Of a DNA stretch of 64,000 bases, positions 63,852 to 64,000 are shown one piece after another. Each line of letters starts with the position of its first letter. Position 1 is the stretch's first letter. Position numbers and translations under genes: made by a program. Under the pieces are notes generated by a model. That model searched no databases. It was not told the origin of the DNA and saw only the letters and a list, made by a program, of their open reading frames with translations. The DNA comes from Candidatus Tantalella remota (lineage in GTDB: Bacteria; Omnitrophota; Gorgyraeia; Tantalellales; Tantalellaceae), in NCBI GenBank assembly GCA_030765685.1, contig JAVCCB010000013.1:4761-68760 (forward strand). Reading direction: 5' to 3'.

Positions 63852-64000
63852 ATGGAAACCAGGGATCTTACCAGCTGCTGGGACTTTTTCAAATGTGAGC
63901 ATACCGATTGCCCCGCTTATGGTAAAAAAAGCCACTCATGCAGATGCTGGATCATCGCCTCTAAATATGTCGATTGTCCCGCCGGAGTTGGCATCACCGA
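63852..64000 (+). CDS. 5' end of a Cys-rich small protein; it continues past the window
   Basis: GGAAGGAGGAG RBS. METRDLTSCWDFFKCEHTDCPAYGKKSHSCRCWIIASKYVDCPAGVGIT... has 8 Cys in 50 aa. Confidence 0.4.
   Translation, partial: METRDLTSCWDFFKCEHTDCPAYGKKSHSCRCWIIASKYVDCPAGVGIT

Noticed and set aside
1-64000. CRISPR array
   Set aside because: The repeats present are dispersed, imperfect and palindromic (REP- or MITE-like). They are not regularly spaced direct repeats with unique spacers, and there are no cas genes.

Overview
This 64 kb window looks like bacterial chromosome: dense coding, moderate GC by eye, and AGGAGG-type ribosome-binding sites. I found no rRNA, tRNA, CRISPR array, transposase or integrase.

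Recognisable housekeeping and metabolic genes:
- A TtcA-like PP-loop ATPase.
- An HD-GYP phosphodiesterase with a HAMP domain.
- glmM plus a GlmU-C-terminal-like hexapeptide acetyltransferase.
- An AddB-like and AddA-like helicase-nuclease pair, preceded by a DUF1848 gene.
- An asparagine-to-alanine cassette: aspartate 4-decarboxylase, an AspT-type Asp:Ala antiporter, and a periplasmic L-asparaginase.
- A glycerol cluster: glpK, a GlpA-like FAD dehydrogenase with a BFD domain, an FAD oxidoreductase and a DUF1667 protein.
- A minus-strand Leloir operon (galT, galM, MFS sugar porter, Cache-like periplasmic protein, galK, galE) in which the sugar porter carries an in-frame TAG.
- MscS, a DJ-1/PfpI protein, an HI0933-family flavoprotein, an SrkA/APH-like kinase and a flavodoxin-ferredoxin fusion.
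- Many small secreted proteins and lipoproteins.

The most unusual loci:
1. Two tandem giant ORFs of 7.8 kb and 4.6 kb. Each is preceded by the same ~180 bp structured upstream element and followed by the same ~95 bp downstream element, although the coding sequences are unrelated. One encodes a membrane-anchored protein with tandem HD domains and internally duplicated modules. The other encodes a GHKL-type ATPase fused to a SAM methyltransferase, with four RQGxGE(E/N)D motifs.
2. A RiPP-like pair near the 3' end: a small protein with three SCGKGSCGKG repeats, immediately upstream of a radical-SAM/SPASM enzyme.
3. Several families of short intergenic palindromic repeats, including TAACCWGGTTA palindromes at about 8 intergenic sites and a pair of ~90 bp direct repeats bracketing the DUF1848-addB-addA block.

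All product calls rest on motifs I read in the translated ORFs. I ran no database searches.
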